DNA of 64,000 nucleotides from the NCBI GenBank assembly GCA_038883855.1, contig JAVZLH010000001.1, positions 64,001 through 128,000 on the forward strand, in the 5' to 3' direction. Positions 9,106-19,163 of this stretch are shown one piece after another. Position 1 is the first letter of the stretch, and every line of letters starts with the position of its first letter. Made by a program: the position numbers and the translations under genes. The notes beneath the pieces are model-generated. The model made no database searches. It was not told the DNA's origin and worked only from the letters and a program-made list of their open reading frames with translations. Source of the stretch: Candidatus Bathyarchaeia archaeon. GTDB taxonomy: Archaea > Thermoproteota > Bathyarchaeia > Bathyarchaeales > Bathycorpusculaceae.

Positions 9106-10317
9106 GTGGTTACGTTGGAGACGTTTGACCCAAAAAGCTTTGTTGAAGCAGAAATTGGAAACATAAGAAAAAGCATAGGCAACGAAAGGGCTTTAGTGGC
9201 TGTTTCCGGCGGAGTTGACAGCACAACATGCGCCGTTTTAACACACAAAGCCATAGGTGAAAACCTCGTTTGCGTGATACTTGACGACGCCTTCATGCGG
9301 GAAAATGAGCCTGAGCATGTGGCCAAAACTTTGTCTAAGCCGCCCCTAAACGTTCCAACAAAAGTGGTCAACGTGAGGAACCGCTTTCTGCAAGCGATGA
9401 AAGGCTTAAAAGACGCGGAGGAAAAGCGTAAAATGTTCCGTGAAACCTTCTATCAAGTCCTCGGCGAAACGGTCAAAAAAGAAGACTGCACCATTCTTGT
9501 TCAAGGAACAATACGCGCGGACATCGTTGAAACAGTAGGTGGTGTGAAAACACAGCATAATGTTCTTGAGCAGATGGGCATAAACCCCATGGAACGCTAC
9601 GGCTTCAAAGTTGTTGAACCCCTTAAAACATTGTATAAGGAACAAGTAAGAATGGTTGCGCGGTATCTCGGACTGCCGCCAGAGTGTTCTGAACGCCAAC
9701 CTTTTCCTGGACCAGGCTTGTCTGTTCGTGTGGTGGGCGAGATTTTTCTTGATAAACTGGAAACTCTGAGGAAAGCTACAGCTATCGTTGAACGTGGACT
9801 GGAGCGGCATAAGCCAAGTCAATATTTTGCTGTAATACTTGACAATGAAGAAGTTTCCGGGCAGTCTCTAAAAGCGCATATTCAAGAGATAACAGCGCGT
9901 TTTCTTAATGTTCCGTCACGGAATGTAAGCTTGAAAATTTTCCGTGATAAGGCAACTGGGGTGGAGGGTGGCAAAAGACGTTATGGCTACGTTGTTGGCG
10001 TTAAAGTGCAGACTGCGAACAAGAAAACTCATCAAGCATCCGTGCAGCACCTCGTTTCTCTTCAAAGAAAAATAATCACTGAAAACCCAGCAGTTACGCG
10101 AATTTTCTATGCCATTAAAGATGTGGATGAAAAGAAACAATACGTGATAGGCGTAAGAGCTGTTGAAACAAAAGATTTCTTGACAGCAAAGGTTTCTGAA
10201 ATACCTTGGGCAACGTTAAGCAATGTTGCAGATGCAATAATCACGGAATGCTCAAATATTGCAGCAGTGTACTATGATGTCACACCGAAACCGCCAGCAA
10301 CAATTGAAATGGAATAA
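9106..10317 (+). CDS. guaA: GMP synthase ATP-pyrophosphatase subunit with enlarged C-terminal domain
   Basis: SGGVDS PP-loop, KTQHNV, EPL..LYKEQVR, PFPGPGL, YDVTPKPPATIE. Confidence 0.92.
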   Translation: MVTLETFDPKSFVEAEIGNIRKSIGNERALVAVSGGVDSTTCAVLTHKAIGENLVCVILDDAFMRENEPEHVAKTLSKPPLNVPTKVVNVRNRFLQAMKGLKDAEEKRKMFRETFYQVLGETVKKEDCTILVQGTIRADIVETVGGVKTQHNVLEQMGINPMERYGFKVVEPLKTLYKEQVRMVARYLGLPPECSERQPFPGPGLSVRVVGEIFLDKLETLRKATAIVERGLERHKPSQYFAVILDNEEVSGQSLKAHIQEITARFLNVPSRNVSLKIFRDKATGVEGGKRRYGYVVGVKVQTANKKTHQASVQHLVSLQRKIITENPAVTRIFYAIKDVDEKKQYVIGVRAVETKDFLTAKVSEIPWATLSNVADAIITECSNIAAVYYDVTPKPPATIEME

Positions 10318-10374
10318 ACCTTGGAATACAAAAAGGTAAATAACACAATAAACATATCTTTCTCGTGATTAACC

Positions 10375-10701
10375 ATGTTTCGTGTCCGAGTGAACAAAAT
10401 TGAATCTATTCGAGACTTAGATGGTAACCTCGGGAAGCGCATAGAACTTGTTGAAGAACGGGAAGTTCCCCACTTCATTGTGAGACCCCAAACAGAAGAA
10501 GCGAAGGTGGTGCAAGATGTTTTGCAAGCTCTGCAACAGCAACTGCCAATTTTTCCACCAAGAACTCAGTTTGCAATTCCAAAGATAATTTTGTTTTTAA
10601 CGGAGCAAGAATATGAGAATTTAGGAATAGACTTTGACGTGAACCAAGTTTACGAGATAAAACTGGAAAACCAAGCTATCAAGTTTAGGAAAGCGGCATA
10701 A
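10375..10701 (+). CDS. Arcadin-1 family protein
   Basis: FRVRVNKIESIRDLDGNLGKRIELVEE...PKIILFLTEQEYENLG..FDVNQVYEI resembles arcadin-1 (from recall). Confidence 0.7.
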   Translation: MFRVRVNKIESIRDLDGNLGKRIELVEEREVPHFIVRPQTEEAKVVQDVLQALQQQLPIFPPRTQFAIPKIILFLTEQEYENLGIDFDVNQVYEIKLENQAIKFRKAA

Positions 10702-11023
10702 TTCCTTTCCACATCTGCCTTCTTAGGGCTAAATGCTTCGGGTGAAAAGAAAGTACGAACAGCATGTTCCTTAACACTCCATAAATCTCCTCCACCGCAG
10801 ATTTTTCGCCCCTATCACAGTATAGCGGAACTAGGTCATTGCTGTCATTACTGTAATAGACGTATATTAGCGGAGTTTTTTCCCTGAAAGGCACAACTTC
10901 CACATCTAAATTTAAAGATTCAGCCGCCCTCCTAGCCGCCGCCTTCACAGAATCTACTCGTTTTCCCTGCAACTCCAAATGTGAAGCGTAGACCAACAAT
11001 TTTCCACAACTTTTCTTCAACAT
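10685..11023 (-). CDS. Hypothetical protein
   Basis: 112-aa ORF filling the space between convergent and divergent neighbours. Confidence 0.6.
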   Translation of the reverse strand: MLKKSCGKLLVYASHLELQGKRVDSVKAAARRAAESLNLDVEVVPFREKTPLIYVYYSNDSNDLVPLYCDRGEKSAVEEIYGVLRNMLFVLSFHPKHLALRRQMWKGIMPLS

Positions 11024-11168
11024 GCAACTCGCCGAACTTGCATTTAGAACAGCCGCTTTTTAAAATAAACGATGAAACAACATTTTTATTCCAGGGAGAG
11101 AGACAAGTTAAAGTTAAAATTCACGAAAATTTTAGATTTTGCTATTAGGTTGCTGCGAAGGTGAAAGC

Positions 11169-11453
11169 ATGAACGTTAGGGCTCATGTGTGGGTAAGCGG
11201 CAGAGTTCAAGGGGTCTTTTTTAGGTCAGAAACTCAAGAAGAAGCCAGAAAACGCGGTGTAAAAGGGTGGGTGCGCAACCTCCCAGATGGGAGAGTTGAA
11301 GCCGTTTTCGAGGGTGAAGAAAACGCTGTTAATGAACTTATAGAATTTTGTAAGCGTGGGCCTCCCGGAGCGGTAGTCACGGGTGTAAAAGTTGTTATGG
11401 AGAATTTTACTGGAGAGTTTAAAGATTTTGTAATAAAGTATGAGTATCGTTAA
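11169..11453 (+). CDS. acyP: Acylphosphatase
   Basis: [27 protein letters not shown]. Confidence 0.95.
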   Translation: MNVRAHVWVSGRVQGVFFRSETQEEARKRGVKGWVRNLPDGRVEAVFEGEENAVNELIEFCKRGPPGAVVTGVKVVMENFTGEFKDFVIKYEYR

Positions 11454-11851
11454 CTTCTTTTTTTGGGGACTCTGAAATGGGATTCTTTTCCAGCACTTAT
11501 GTATTCTCCGCCTATCCCGCGCACGGTTGAAGCTATTTTAGCAAAGTTTTCGGATCCTAAAAATTGCCGTGGCTTTATTATTACGTAGTCATCTTTCTCC
11601 TCAAAAGTTAGTAAATTTTCCAGATCTTCGGGGAACATCATTTTTATGTCTTCTATTGACTTTTTTCTTTCATAAACTTCTGGTGTAACTGGTGTTGGCG
11701 CTTTGGGCATTGGTTGGGTGATTTGCGAAACCGCTAAAGACTTAAGCGAAGTGGCTACGGTTCTTAAATCTTCTGCAACTCCGTTTAAAACAATTAGGAG
11801 TTCGTCGATTTTTTCCACAAGCTTTTCAATTCTTTCTTTTTCTAAGCTCAT
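11450..11851 (-). CDS. Conserved hypothetical protein (coiled coil, Pro-rich linker, small C-terminal domain)
   Basis: 133-aa ORF; C-terminal [37 protein letters not shown]. Confidence 0.7.
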   Translation of the reverse strand: MSLEKERIEKLVEKIDELLIVLNGVAEDLRTVATSLKSLAVSQITQPMPKAPTPVTPEVYERKKSIEDIKMMFPEDLENLLTFEEKDDYVIIKPRQFLGSENFAKIASTVRGIGGEYISAGKESHFRVPKKRS

Positions 11852-11958
11852 ACGCCCTTATCCCTTCAAACCTTAATATTTAACGCATTTATTAATTGTT
11901 TGTGTTTCTAAATCAACCCTTGAAAACTTTCAATCTGTTGCGGTGGAGCGTGCGTCTG

Positions 11959-12999
11959 TTGATAGAAGTTGATGGAAGCCAAAAAAGCGGGAGCGGCACA
12001 ATCCTTCGCCTTTCAATAGCCTTAGCGGCGATATTAAACCAACCATTACACATCCGTAATATTAGACAGAACAGACCGCAACCAGGTCTCAGACCTCAAC
12101 ATTTGGAAGCGGTTTTAACAGCGACAAAGCTTTGCAATGCGGATTTAGATGGCGCGAAACTTGACTCCCGCGAGCTTTGGTTCAAGCCAAAAGAGGTTAA
12201 GGGAGGATTTTTTGAAGCCGAAATAGGCACGGCTGGGAGCATTTCCATGCTTTTAATGACCATTTTACCCATATGTTTGTTTGCAAAGGAAACTGTTCAG
12301 TTGCATGTTTTTAAGGGCGGAACAGACGTTTCTAACGCTCCAACCATCAATTACATGCGAAATGTTTTTCTCCCAATGTTGAAACGCATGGGCGTAAACG
12401 CCTCCATAACGGTTCATAAATATGGTTATTATCCAAAGGGCATGGGCGAAGTTACCTTAACGGTTGAGCCCTGCAAAGAGCTGCAGCCTATACGCTTGGA
12501 AAGTTTAGGCGAGATAACCGCCATAAAAGGAGTTTCAGTCTGCACATTTTTGGCTGAAAGAAGAGTTGCCGAACGCCAAGCGAAAGCAGCGAAAGAATAT
12601 TTGAGAAAGTTTGGATACGAAGCAGACGTCCAAATAGTAAACGATGCGTCGAATCCCCTTCAAAAGGGCAGCTCTCTCGTTTTGTGGGCGGAGACAAGCA
12701 CTGGAGCACTCATTGGAGCGGATGCTATCGGCGAATTAAAGAAGACCAGTGAGGCTGTGGGGGTGGAGGCAGCTGAAAAACTATATGAGGAACTTAATGT
12801 TAAGGCAACTGTCGACGTTCATATGGCGGACATGCTTATCCCTTACGTGGCTTTAGCAAAAGGCAATTCCGTATATCTTGTGCGCGAGGTTTCTGACCAT
12901 TTGGAAACGAATATTTGGCTTGCTGAAAAACTGTTGGGTGTAAAGTTTAATATTAAAAGAATCGACGGCGGGCTTTACAGAGTGGAAAAGACTGGTTAA
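11959..12999 (+). CDS. rtcA: RNA 3'-terminal phosphate cyclase
   Basis: IEVDGS, RPQPGLRPQHL, GGTDV, GYYPKGMG, VDVHMADML (active-site His), HLETN. Confidence 0.93.
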   Translation: MIEVDGSQKSGSGTILRLSIALAAILNQPLHIRNIRQNRPQPGLRPQHLEAVLTATKLCNADLDGAKLDSRELWFKPKEVKGGFFEAEIGTAGSISMLLMTILPICLFAKETVQLHVFKGGTDVSNAPTINYMRNVFLPMLKRMGVNASITVHKYGYYPKGMGEVTLTVEPCKELQPIRLESLGEITAIKGVSVCTFLAERRVAERQAKAAKEYLRKFGYEADVQIVNDASNPLQKGSSLVLWAETSTGALIGADAIGELKKTSEAVGVEAAEKLYEELNVKATVDVHMADMLIPYVALAKGNSVYLVREVSDHLETNIWLAEKLLGVKFNIKRIDGGLYRVEKTG

Positions 13000-13005
13000 A
13001 GTTAG

Positions 13006-14430
13006 GTGTCCAAATTGTTTAAGGCGAGGGTTAGAGGAATCTATTCAACAGCCCTTACAAAACTGCTTTTAGACAACGGCTTTGAAATAATTCAACCGTC
13101 CGCCACCATAAGGAAACGCTTCAATCTTGAAGAAAACAAGTCGCCGCCAGACCTTAAAATAAAGGATAGATACGATTTGCAAGGCATAAGGGTTCTGGGC
13201 TCGCCAGAAGCTGTAAACGTTTTCCAAGCTCTTTTGCACGATTTCTTAACTGACGTTTTGACTAGAAAATGGAGTGTTCATGTAGATGGGATTTATAAGG
13301 GAAACATTGTGGGCGTGGAGGATGATGCGTTCTATGTTGAACTGGGTAATGGCGTGGTCGGCGTGCTTCCGAAATGCGAATTTACAGAGGGAAATTCCAA
13401 GCAAATCATAGTTCAAGTTGAAAGAAAAAGAATGGGAAGCATGAGTCCAGTTTTAACAACAAAATTGAAGATTGTTGGAAAATACGCCATATTAGTGAAA
13501 AACAGTAAAGTTGGAGTTAGCTTTAAAATCCGCGACTTGAACAAGCGGGCTGAACTTTACGCTTTAGGGAAAAAACTTGCATCAAAAGAATGGGGAATCA
13601 TTTGGCGGGAACCATCAGCAAACCAAACGCAAGAAGTTTTAGAAAACGAAATAGCAACTTTGAAGGCAAAAACCGAAATCCTCAGCGAAAAAGCCCAGAA
13701 GACCGGAGCTCCCTCATTATTAATTGATGGGTTATGCTTTATGAACGTGGAGTTTCCAGCAACTTCAAAAAGCCAACTGGACAAACTAAGGGCATCTTTA
13801 GTTCCCACCCTAAACGGTCATCACTTCTACAAAAGCTGCGGCGGCAAAATTTCAGCCGCCCTAGAAATGGCTGAAAAACTCCTCGAGAAAGGCCAAGACA
13901 TAACAGAAGTTGAAGAACTTTTCAAAAAGCAGGTTGCAGCTGAATTTCCCGAAATCGGCTCAGTCGTAGATGTTATACATGTGAAACCTAGCGGCAAGGT
14001 TCTTTATCTGGGTCAAGCGACAATGGAAAGCCTAGACAACGGGCATATCAAGTATAGCCGAACAATACGCACTAGCGGGCTTTATGACGGTTTGGGTGTT
14101 GCGAAAGAAGCTGGAGATAAAGCGATAAGCGAAACAAAAATTGGAGAATGGTGGATAACCACAAGGTACTTCTCTAAAGGTGGAGAGTTGAAGGGAACCT
14201 ACATTAACCTAAACACGCCGGTTGAAGTTTACCCCAAAGCAATACGTTATGTGGATTTAGAAGTGGATGTATGTGTCTCTCCAGACGGCGCAGTTAAAGT
14301 TTTGGACATGGATAAGCTTGAGAAAGCCTTGGAAAAGGGCATAATAAGCCAAAAAATTTTCAAAACTATCAAAGAAAAGGTGGAGAAAATTTTAGAGAAG
14401 CAAAGAAACGCAGAAGCGGTATTAAATTAA
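13006..14430 (+). CDS. fau-1: FAU-1 AU-rich RNA-binding protein / ribonuclease (RNase E/G-like plus DUF402)
   Basis: ARVRGIYSTALTKLL, GHHFYK, YDGLG, YINLNTPVE, RYVDLEVDV. Confidence 0.9.
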   Translation: MSKLFKARVRGIYSTALTKLLLDNGFEIIQPSATIRKRFNLEENKSPPDLKIKDRYDLQGIRVLGSPEAVNVFQALLHDFLTDVLTRKWSVHVDGIYKGNIVGVEDDAFYVELGNGVVGVLPKCEFTEGNSKQIIVQVERKRMGSMSPVLTTKLKIVGKYAILVKNSKVGVSFKIRDLNKRAELYALGKKLASKEWGIIWREPSANQTQEVLENEIATLKAKTEILSEKAQKTGAPSLLIDGLCFMNVEFPATSKSQLDKLRASLVPTLNGHHFYKSCGGKISAALEMAEKLLEKGQDITEVEELFKKQVAAEFPEIGSVVDVIHVKPSGKVLYLGQATMESLDNGHIKYSRTIRTSGLYDGLGVAKEAGDKAISETKIGEWWITTRYFSKGGELKGTYINLNTPVEVYPKAIRYVDLEVDVCVSPDGAVKVLDMDKLEKALEKGIISQKIFKTIKEKVEKILEKQRNAEAVLN

Positions 14431-14445
14431 AACCGAAGTGTTCCT

Positions 14446-15513
14446 ATGCCTAAAGAATCATTGTGCCTCAAAGTCCCGAAAATTCACGGAGAAAAAGCCA
14501 TCAAATTAGTTAACGCTCTCAAAGTCACCGATAGAGAACTGGAAATTAAGCGAGACTCTGACTTCATTTACATTCCCATAACTCGCCAGCCACAAGAAAA
14601 CGAGCTGGAAACGCTTAAAAAACATCTACCAACTTTTGAAATTTCAAAACACCTTTTTCCTGAAAAAAAGCGTGCAAAAACCTTTATTGAGCTTCTTGAG
14701 GATAGGCTTCCACCTTATTTGTTGGCGAGTTTGCCACGGGCAATGGAGTTTGTCGGAGACATCGCCGTTGTGGAGATTCCGCCGGAACTTGACGCACACA
14801 AAGACATTATTGGCAAAGCAGTTTTGGAAGCGCATAAAAATGTGAAGACTGTGCTTGCCAAAGCTGGAGCAGTTGGTGGCGTCCACCGCGTTAGAGAGTT
14901 CAATGTCATCGCCGGAGAGCCAAAAACAACAACCATCCACAAAGAATATGGTTGCCAATACTACGTTGACCTTGCGAAGGCGTACTTCTCAGCGCGTCTG
15001 GCTTATGAACACAAAAGAGTGGCGTCTCTTGTTAGGGATGGTGAAACTGTCATAGACATGTTCGCCGGAGTAGGCCCCTTCTCCATTCTTATAGCGAGAA
15101 CTCATGAAAGGGTGAAGGTTTACGCCATTGACGTTAACTCTTATGCGGTTGAACTTTTGAGGAATAATATTAAGCTTAACAGAGTTGAAGACAAAGTCCG
15201 CCCATTGTTAGGCGATGCAAGACAGATCATTGAAGAAAGGCTTGTGGGCGTTGCAGACCGCGTGATAATGAATCTCCCAGAAAAAGCCATAGAGTTCGCA
15301 GATGTAGCCTGTAAGGCGCTGAAGCCTGAGGGCGGCGTGGTTCACTTCTACAGTTTCGTTGATGCAAATAATTCTTTGGAAAGTGTGAAGCTTCGTTTTA
15401 TAGAAACCGTCGAGAAATCTGGTCGTAGAGTGGAGAAAATTCTTTTTTCAAGGTTTGTCCGTGAGACAGCACCCTATGAGTGGCAAGTTGTTCTGGACGC
15501 ATTAGTGCACTAA
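14446..15513 (+). CDS. trm5: tRNA (guanine-37 N1) methyltransferase Trm5 family
   Basis: VGDIAVVE, HKEYGC, YFSARL, DMFAGVGPF, DRVIMNLP. Confidence 0.92.
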   Translation: MPKESLCLKVPKIHGEKAIKLVNALKVTDRELEIKRDSDFIYIPITRQPQENELETLKKHLPTFEISKHLFPEKKRAKTFIELLEDRLPPYLLASLPRAMEFVGDIAVVEIPPELDAHKDIIGKAVLEAHKNVKTVLAKAGAVGGVHRVREFNVIAGEPKTTTIHKEYGCQYYVDLAKAYFSARLAYEHKRVASLVRDGETVIDMFAGVGPFSILIARTHERVKVYAIDVNSYAVELLRNNIKLNRVEDKVRPLLGDARQIIEERLVGVADRVIMNLPEKAIEFADVACKALKPEGGVVHFYSFVDANNSLESVKLRFIETVEKSGRRVEKILFSRFVRETAPYEWQVVLDALVH

Positions 15514-15935
15514 ACTTCCGCCATAATCGTGATTTTTACCTCTTGCTTAGGGTTCCTTAGTTTCTCCACAAGTTTCCTAGATAAGTTGCATGCTGCCTTA
15601 TCCGCTTTGATGGCTAGGGTTCGACTGCAAACATAATCACTCTTTCTAACAACAATGTCTGTTGGATGTGTCAAAATTAGTTTTGGACTTCCAAAAGCCT
15701 TTACGACTTCAGCGACTTCTCCAGTTTGGATGCGCATGATGATTTTGGCGTTTTCTTTGCATAAACTTTCTTTAAATTGTGGGTTTAGGTCTGCTAAGGC
15801 TTTGTTTGCTGATACAGCGATGATGCAGTCACCTTTTTTTGAAAGATTTTTCTCTTTTGTGATTTCTAAAGTCGTTTTGTGTGTAGCAAGGATGTTTTTG
15901 TGTCCCCAAGCTTGAATTTCCTCTTTTATTTGCAT
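15510..15935 (-). CDS. DUF371 family protein
   Basis: GHKNILATHKTTLEITKE, GDCIIAV, DIVVRKSDY, ADKAA. Confidence 0.88.
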   Translation of the reverse strand: MQIKEEIQAWGHKNILATHKTTLEITKEKNLSKKGDCIIAVSANKALADLNPQFKESLCKENAKIIMRIQTGEVAEVVKAFGSPKLILTHPTDIVVRKSDYVCSRTLAIKADKAACNLSRKLVEKLRNPKQEVKITIMAEV

Positions 15936-16936
15936 GGATTTTCTCCTTTGCTGACGGATTGGCTGCATTGCTGTTCAAGAATTTCTATCGAGTCAATTTT
16001 TCCATCACCATCTAAGTCGAATCCTTGTATAACAGCCGCAAAAGTGTCTTCGCCCTTATAGTCTTTCAATGTTTTCTTACAAAAGTTGGTTAAAGCGAGA
16101 ACGCATGCCTTTGTGCCCACTGCCTTGTTTCCAGCCAAAACTATAATGCGCTTGTTTTTATCCCATGGATTCACGATTTTTGCCACCAACCCTATGGCAT
16201 CCGCCGTATAAACGTTCTTTGTCTTTTCAGAGACCAAACCGCCGAATAAGAAACCCTGCTCGGAATGTTGCATGTTGAACTTTATCGGCAAATAGTCGTT
16301 AACCTCTTGCGTCAGCAAGTTGGTTCCTGGTCCGCCGACGAGGATAAGGTTGTTCTCTTCCTCTTTTTCAGCCTTAACGTCAACATCAAGCTTTATGGCA
16401 AATTCTTCTGGCGTCTTGGTGAATTGTCCTAAAAAGAATGTTAAGTGAGAGGCGTAATGCCCGTCTCTAGCGCTTGTTTTGAAGGGTCCGTGGGGCATTG
16501 GGCTGCCCACAACAATTTTTCCGTTGAAGGCGCCATTTTCCTTTGTGAATTCCTTGAAGAATGCTTGAATCTGCTCGTCCATTCCTATGGGCGGGAAACC
16601 TTGTATTGGCTTGTATCCTTCTGGTAATTCTATTCCAAAGGCAAGTGAGACTGCCTTGTAATATTTGGCTATGGCGCCTTTCTTTTCCTCTTCTCTCACA
16701 ACTGTTATGGCTCCAGCTTTCGCCAATTTTCTGATGTGGTAATAGACTTTTTGTTCGTGAATCCCTAATTGTTTGGCTATTTCCAGCGGGTACATCTCCT
16801 TTTCAGAGAGCATCGTCAGAATTTTCCATGTAAGTTTGTTCAAAATAGTCTTAAGTGTCTGGGAGTCTGTGAACATTTTGATTTCTTTAACTTTCCCAGC
16901 GGCGCCTTCCTCGAGAAACAGTAGTTTTTTACTCAT
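15926..16936 (-). CDS. ArsR-like winged-HTH regulator with large C-terminal domain
   Basis: EMYPLEIAKQLGIHEQKVYYHIRKL HTH; NLILVGGPGTN; terminal DLDGDG motif. Confidence 0.8.
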   Translation of the reverse strand: MSKKLLFLEEGAAGKVKEIKMFTDSQTLKTILNKLTWKILTMLSEKEMYPLEIAKQLGIHEQKVYYHIRKLAKAGAITVVREEEKKGAIAKYYKAVSLAFGIELPEGYKPIQGFPPIGMDEQIQAFFKEFTKENGAFNGKIVVGSPMPHGPFKTSARDGHYASHLTFFLGQFTKTPEEFAIKLDVDVKAEKEEENNLILVGGPGTNLLTQEVNDYLPIKFNMQHSEQGFLFGGLVSEKTKNVYTADAIGLVAKIVNPWDKNKRIIVLAGNKAVGTKACVLALTNFCKKTLKDYKGEDTFAAVIQGFDLDGDGKIDSIEILEQQCSQSVSKGENPCK

Positions 16937-17011
16937 GGGTTTTCATTAAGCATAAAGGGCGAGTCTATTATTAAAATTTTTATTATAATAAACGGACAAT
17001 TTAGCTAAAGC

Positions 17012-18019
17012 GTGGCGGTTAACAAAATGATTGGCTGCTACATTACAGGCGCGCTTCCAAGACCGAAAGAGCTTATAGAAGTTACAAGAGCCTATGACAG
17101 GGGTAGAGTCGACGATGTGGATTTGGAAAGAGCTTTTGACGAAGCTACAGTTGAAGTTGTAAACGCTCAAGTTTCAGCGGGTCTAACTTACATATGTGAT
17201 GGCATGCTGAAGTGGCAGGATTTACTGCGTCCATTCACGGAAAATTTGGGCGGTGTGACGGTTGGAAGTTTAGCCAGATGGTTCAACAACAACACCTTTT
17301 ACAGAATTCCCGTTGTGACGGATAAAATTGTGTGGAGGAAAAGCATAGTTGACAAGTGGGTTTACGTTAAACACTTGCCAAAAAATCTCCCATGGAAAGC
17401 AATAGTGCCCGCGCCATACACCTTTGCAAAACTCGCAGAAAACCGTTTCTACAAGGACAAAACTGAACTAATGTTCGACTACGCCAAAGCCCTAAGAAGC
17501 GAAATTGAAAGCTTGGCTAAACTAGGCTTCAAATATGTTCAGTTGAGCGAACCAGCACTAGTATACAGTTCAGCCCCATCTCCGATGGCGATGGAAGAGC
17601 TTGAGGCTGTGAGTGAGGCGTTAGAGGTGGCAGTTAAAGGTGTTCCAGTAAAAACTTGTCTCCAAACCTTTTTCGGAGATTTTTCACGCATATTACCAGA
17701 AGCCTTTGATTTTCCAGTAGACCACCTTGGAATCGACTTATACGAAACAAGTCTCGAAGAAGTTAGAAAGTATGTTTTTGAAAAGGGCATTGCTTTAGGT
17801 TTAGTGGACTCACGCAACTCGCTAATCGAAAACTCAGATGAGCTTATGGCGATTGCAAAAAGACTTCTAAAATCGATTAACCCTTCAGACAAGCATGAAG
17901 TTTTCATATGCCCCAACTGTGATTTAGAGTTTCTGCCATGGGAAAGGGCGAAAGAAAAAATGAAGCTGATTGCGACAGTAGCTGAACAACTCAGAAAGGA
18001 GTTCGACAGCGATGAATAA
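17012..18019 (+). CDS. Split cobalamin-independent methionine synthase, non-catalytic (N-terminal-like) subunit
   Basis: DGMLKWQD, RWFNNNTFYR, PAPYTF, QLSEPAL, PNCDLEFLP; no HxC zinc motif. Confidence 0.8.
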   Translation: MAVNKMIGCYITGALPRPKELIEVTRAYDRGRVDDVDLERAFDEATVEVVNAQVSAGLTYICDGMLKWQDLLRPFTENLGGVTVGSLARWFNNNTFYRIPVVTDKIVWRKSIVDKWVYVKHLPKNLPWKAIVPAPYTFAKLAENRFYKDKTELMFDYAKALRSEIESLAKLGFKYVQLSEPALVYSSAPSPMAMEELEAVSEALEVAVKGVPVKTCLQTFFGDFSRILPEAFDFPVDHLGIDLYETSLEEVRKYVFEKGIALGLVDSRNSLIENSDELMAIAKRLLKSINPSDKHEVFICPNCDLEFLPWERAKEKMKLIATVAEQLRKEFDSDE

Positions 18020-19163
18020 ACTCTTTCCAACACAAGAAATAGGAAGCCTCGCAAAACCTGCATGGAGAATCAAAGGGTATAGAGGCGAACCTCTGACAGA
18101 AAGGGATATAGCCGAAGCTGTAAATTGGGGAAGAAAGCTCGGAATTCAAGATTTAGACGCGTTCATAAAATTTTTAAAGGACACAGACTCCCCGACTAAG
18201 CGGAGAACCGTTCTTGAATGGTCGACAAAATATGCCCTTCGCTTTTTTGAAGCGGCTGGTTTAGACGTGTTCTTTAATGGGGAACAGTGGAGGTCTGAAA
18301 TGTATGAGCATGTTGTTAGGAACGTTGCCGGCTTCAAATTTTTGGGGTTTGTGAAATCTTTTGATTATAGGTATTTTAACAAGGCGGCTTGCGTGGATAA
18401 ACCAAAATATGTTAAGCCCTTCTACCTCGACGAATTTTTGTTTGCAAAAGAAAACACGGATAAAATTTTGAAGATACCCTTCACTGGTCCATACACGCTT
18501 GTCAACTGGACATTTAACGAATACTATGAGAAAAGACTTGGTGGAAAACTCGAGAATTTTAAAAACAGAAAATTCGAAGCTAAGAGAGAATTTCTCTTCG
18601 ACCTAATCAAGGAAGTTGTAAAGCCTGAAATAGACAATTTAGTAAAAGCCGGAGCGCAATGGATTCAAATAGACGAGCCCGCCGCAACAACAGACCCAAC
18701 GGACGAGGAAATGAAGTTGTTTGTGGAATCCTTTAATGAAACCGTTAAGGGTTTTAACTGCACCTTCAGCCTCCACAACTGCTACAGCAACTACAAAGTT
18801 TTAGCAAGATACTCCAGTGAACTAAAGAACTGTAGCCAGCTAGCCCTCGAATTCGCCAACAGAGACAGCAGAAAAACAGGAGTTGGAGACGAGCGAACTG
18901 GCTATAAGGAAATAAGACTTTTTGAGGAACATGGTTTCCGTGGGAATTATGGTTTGGGCGTGATAGATGTGCATACTGACTTCATAGAACCACCTGAGCT
19001 TGTTAGAGACAGACTCTTGCATGCTGCAAAGGTAATGGGCAACCCTGAACGAATATACGCGAGTACCGACTGTGGATTAAGAACTAGAACATGGGAAGTA
19101 AGCTTTCAAAAGCTCAAGAACATGGTTTTTGGCGCTGATTTAGCGCGGAAGGCGTTGACCTAA
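18012..19163 (+). CDS. metE: Cobalamin-independent methionine synthase, catalytic zinc subunit
   Basis: TQEIGS, GEQWR.EMY, TGPYTL, IQIDEPA, HNC / LEFA / DCGLRTR zinc ligands. Confidence 0.88.
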   Translation: MNKLFPTQEIGSLAKPAWRIKGYRGEPLTERDIAEAVNWGRKLGIQDLDAFIKFLKDTDSPTKRRTVLEWSTKYALRFFEAAGLDVFFNGEQWRSEMYEHVVRNVAGFKFLGFVKSFDYRYFNKAACVDKPKYVKPFYLDEFLFAKENTDKILKIPFTGPYTLVNWTFNEYYEKRLGGKLENFKNRKFEAKREFLFDLIKEVVKPEIDNLVKAGAQWIQIDEPAATTDPTDEEMKLFVESFNETVKGFNCTFSLHNCYSNYKVLARYSSELKNCSQLALEFANRDSRKTGVGDERTGYKEIRLFEEHGFRGNYGLGVIDVHTDFIEPPELVRDRLLHAAKVMGNPERIYASTDCGLRTRTWEVSFQKLKNMVFGADLARKALT

